A stretch of 64,000 nt of DNA from an uncultured delta proteobacterium (GTDB lineage Bacteria; Desulfobacterota; BSN033; UBA1163), in assembly GCA_963708295.1 (NCBI GenBank), contig CAVPSJ010000015.1:192001-256000 (forward strand). Direction: 5' to 3'. Positions 63,861 through 64,000 of the stretch are shown here, in pieces (position 1 is the stretch's first letter; every line of letters starts with the position of its first letter). The notes under the pieces were generated by a model that saw only the letters and a program-made list of their open reading frames with translations, ran no database searches and was not told the origin of the DNA. A program made the position numbers and the translations under genes.

Positions 63861-63922
63861 GTGGAAGAGCTTTTCACAAAAAACCGAAATGACTTCCTCG
63901 AAAAGTTGTAATTCTCTTCTAC
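63861..63922 (-). promoter_or_regulatory. Candidate enhancer sites for PEP-CTERM gene 2
   Basis: Minus strand GTAGAAGAGAATTACA ... TTTTGTGAAAAGCTCTTCCAC. Confidence 0.65.
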
Positions 63923-64000
63923 TTTCACGGGCAGGACTGCAAGAAAGAAGGTGTACTAATTAACCGAGAGTCAATCTGACATGGTCTGTCAAATTAGATA

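Overview
This window is a ~60 kb exopolysaccharide / protein-glycosylation locus of the PEP-CTERM-exosortase A type. The gene set suggests a deltaproteobacterium (Desulfobacterota-like); this is inferred, not confirmed. It encodes a UDP-glucuronate decarboxylase, a Wzc-type co-polymerase and kinase, a priming sugar transferase, exosortase plus EpsI, glycosyltransferases, three asparagine-synthase-like amidotransferases, many GNAT/FemAB proteins, deacetylases, a flippase, an O-antigen-ligase-like protein and two sigma54-driven PEP-CTERM genes. It also carries three type II TA pairs, an IS3 and several MITE/REP-like elements. Many genes have single-base frameshifts that look like long-read errors. 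The most unusual signal lies on top of the EPS genes. Four four-helix-bundle (23S-IVS/Avd-like) genes are inserted between core genes, each bracketed by its own family of 7-9 nt degenerate repeats in inverted orientation. The same repeat families follow a transcription-strand rule: G/T-rich copies after stop codons, C/A-rich copies before start codons. They also flank the TA cassettes and appear as coding insertions in five neighbouring enzymes. One four-helix-bundle gene is split exactly at its conserved NIA|EG motif by a 290 bp GIY-YIG mini-element with imperfect direct repeats.
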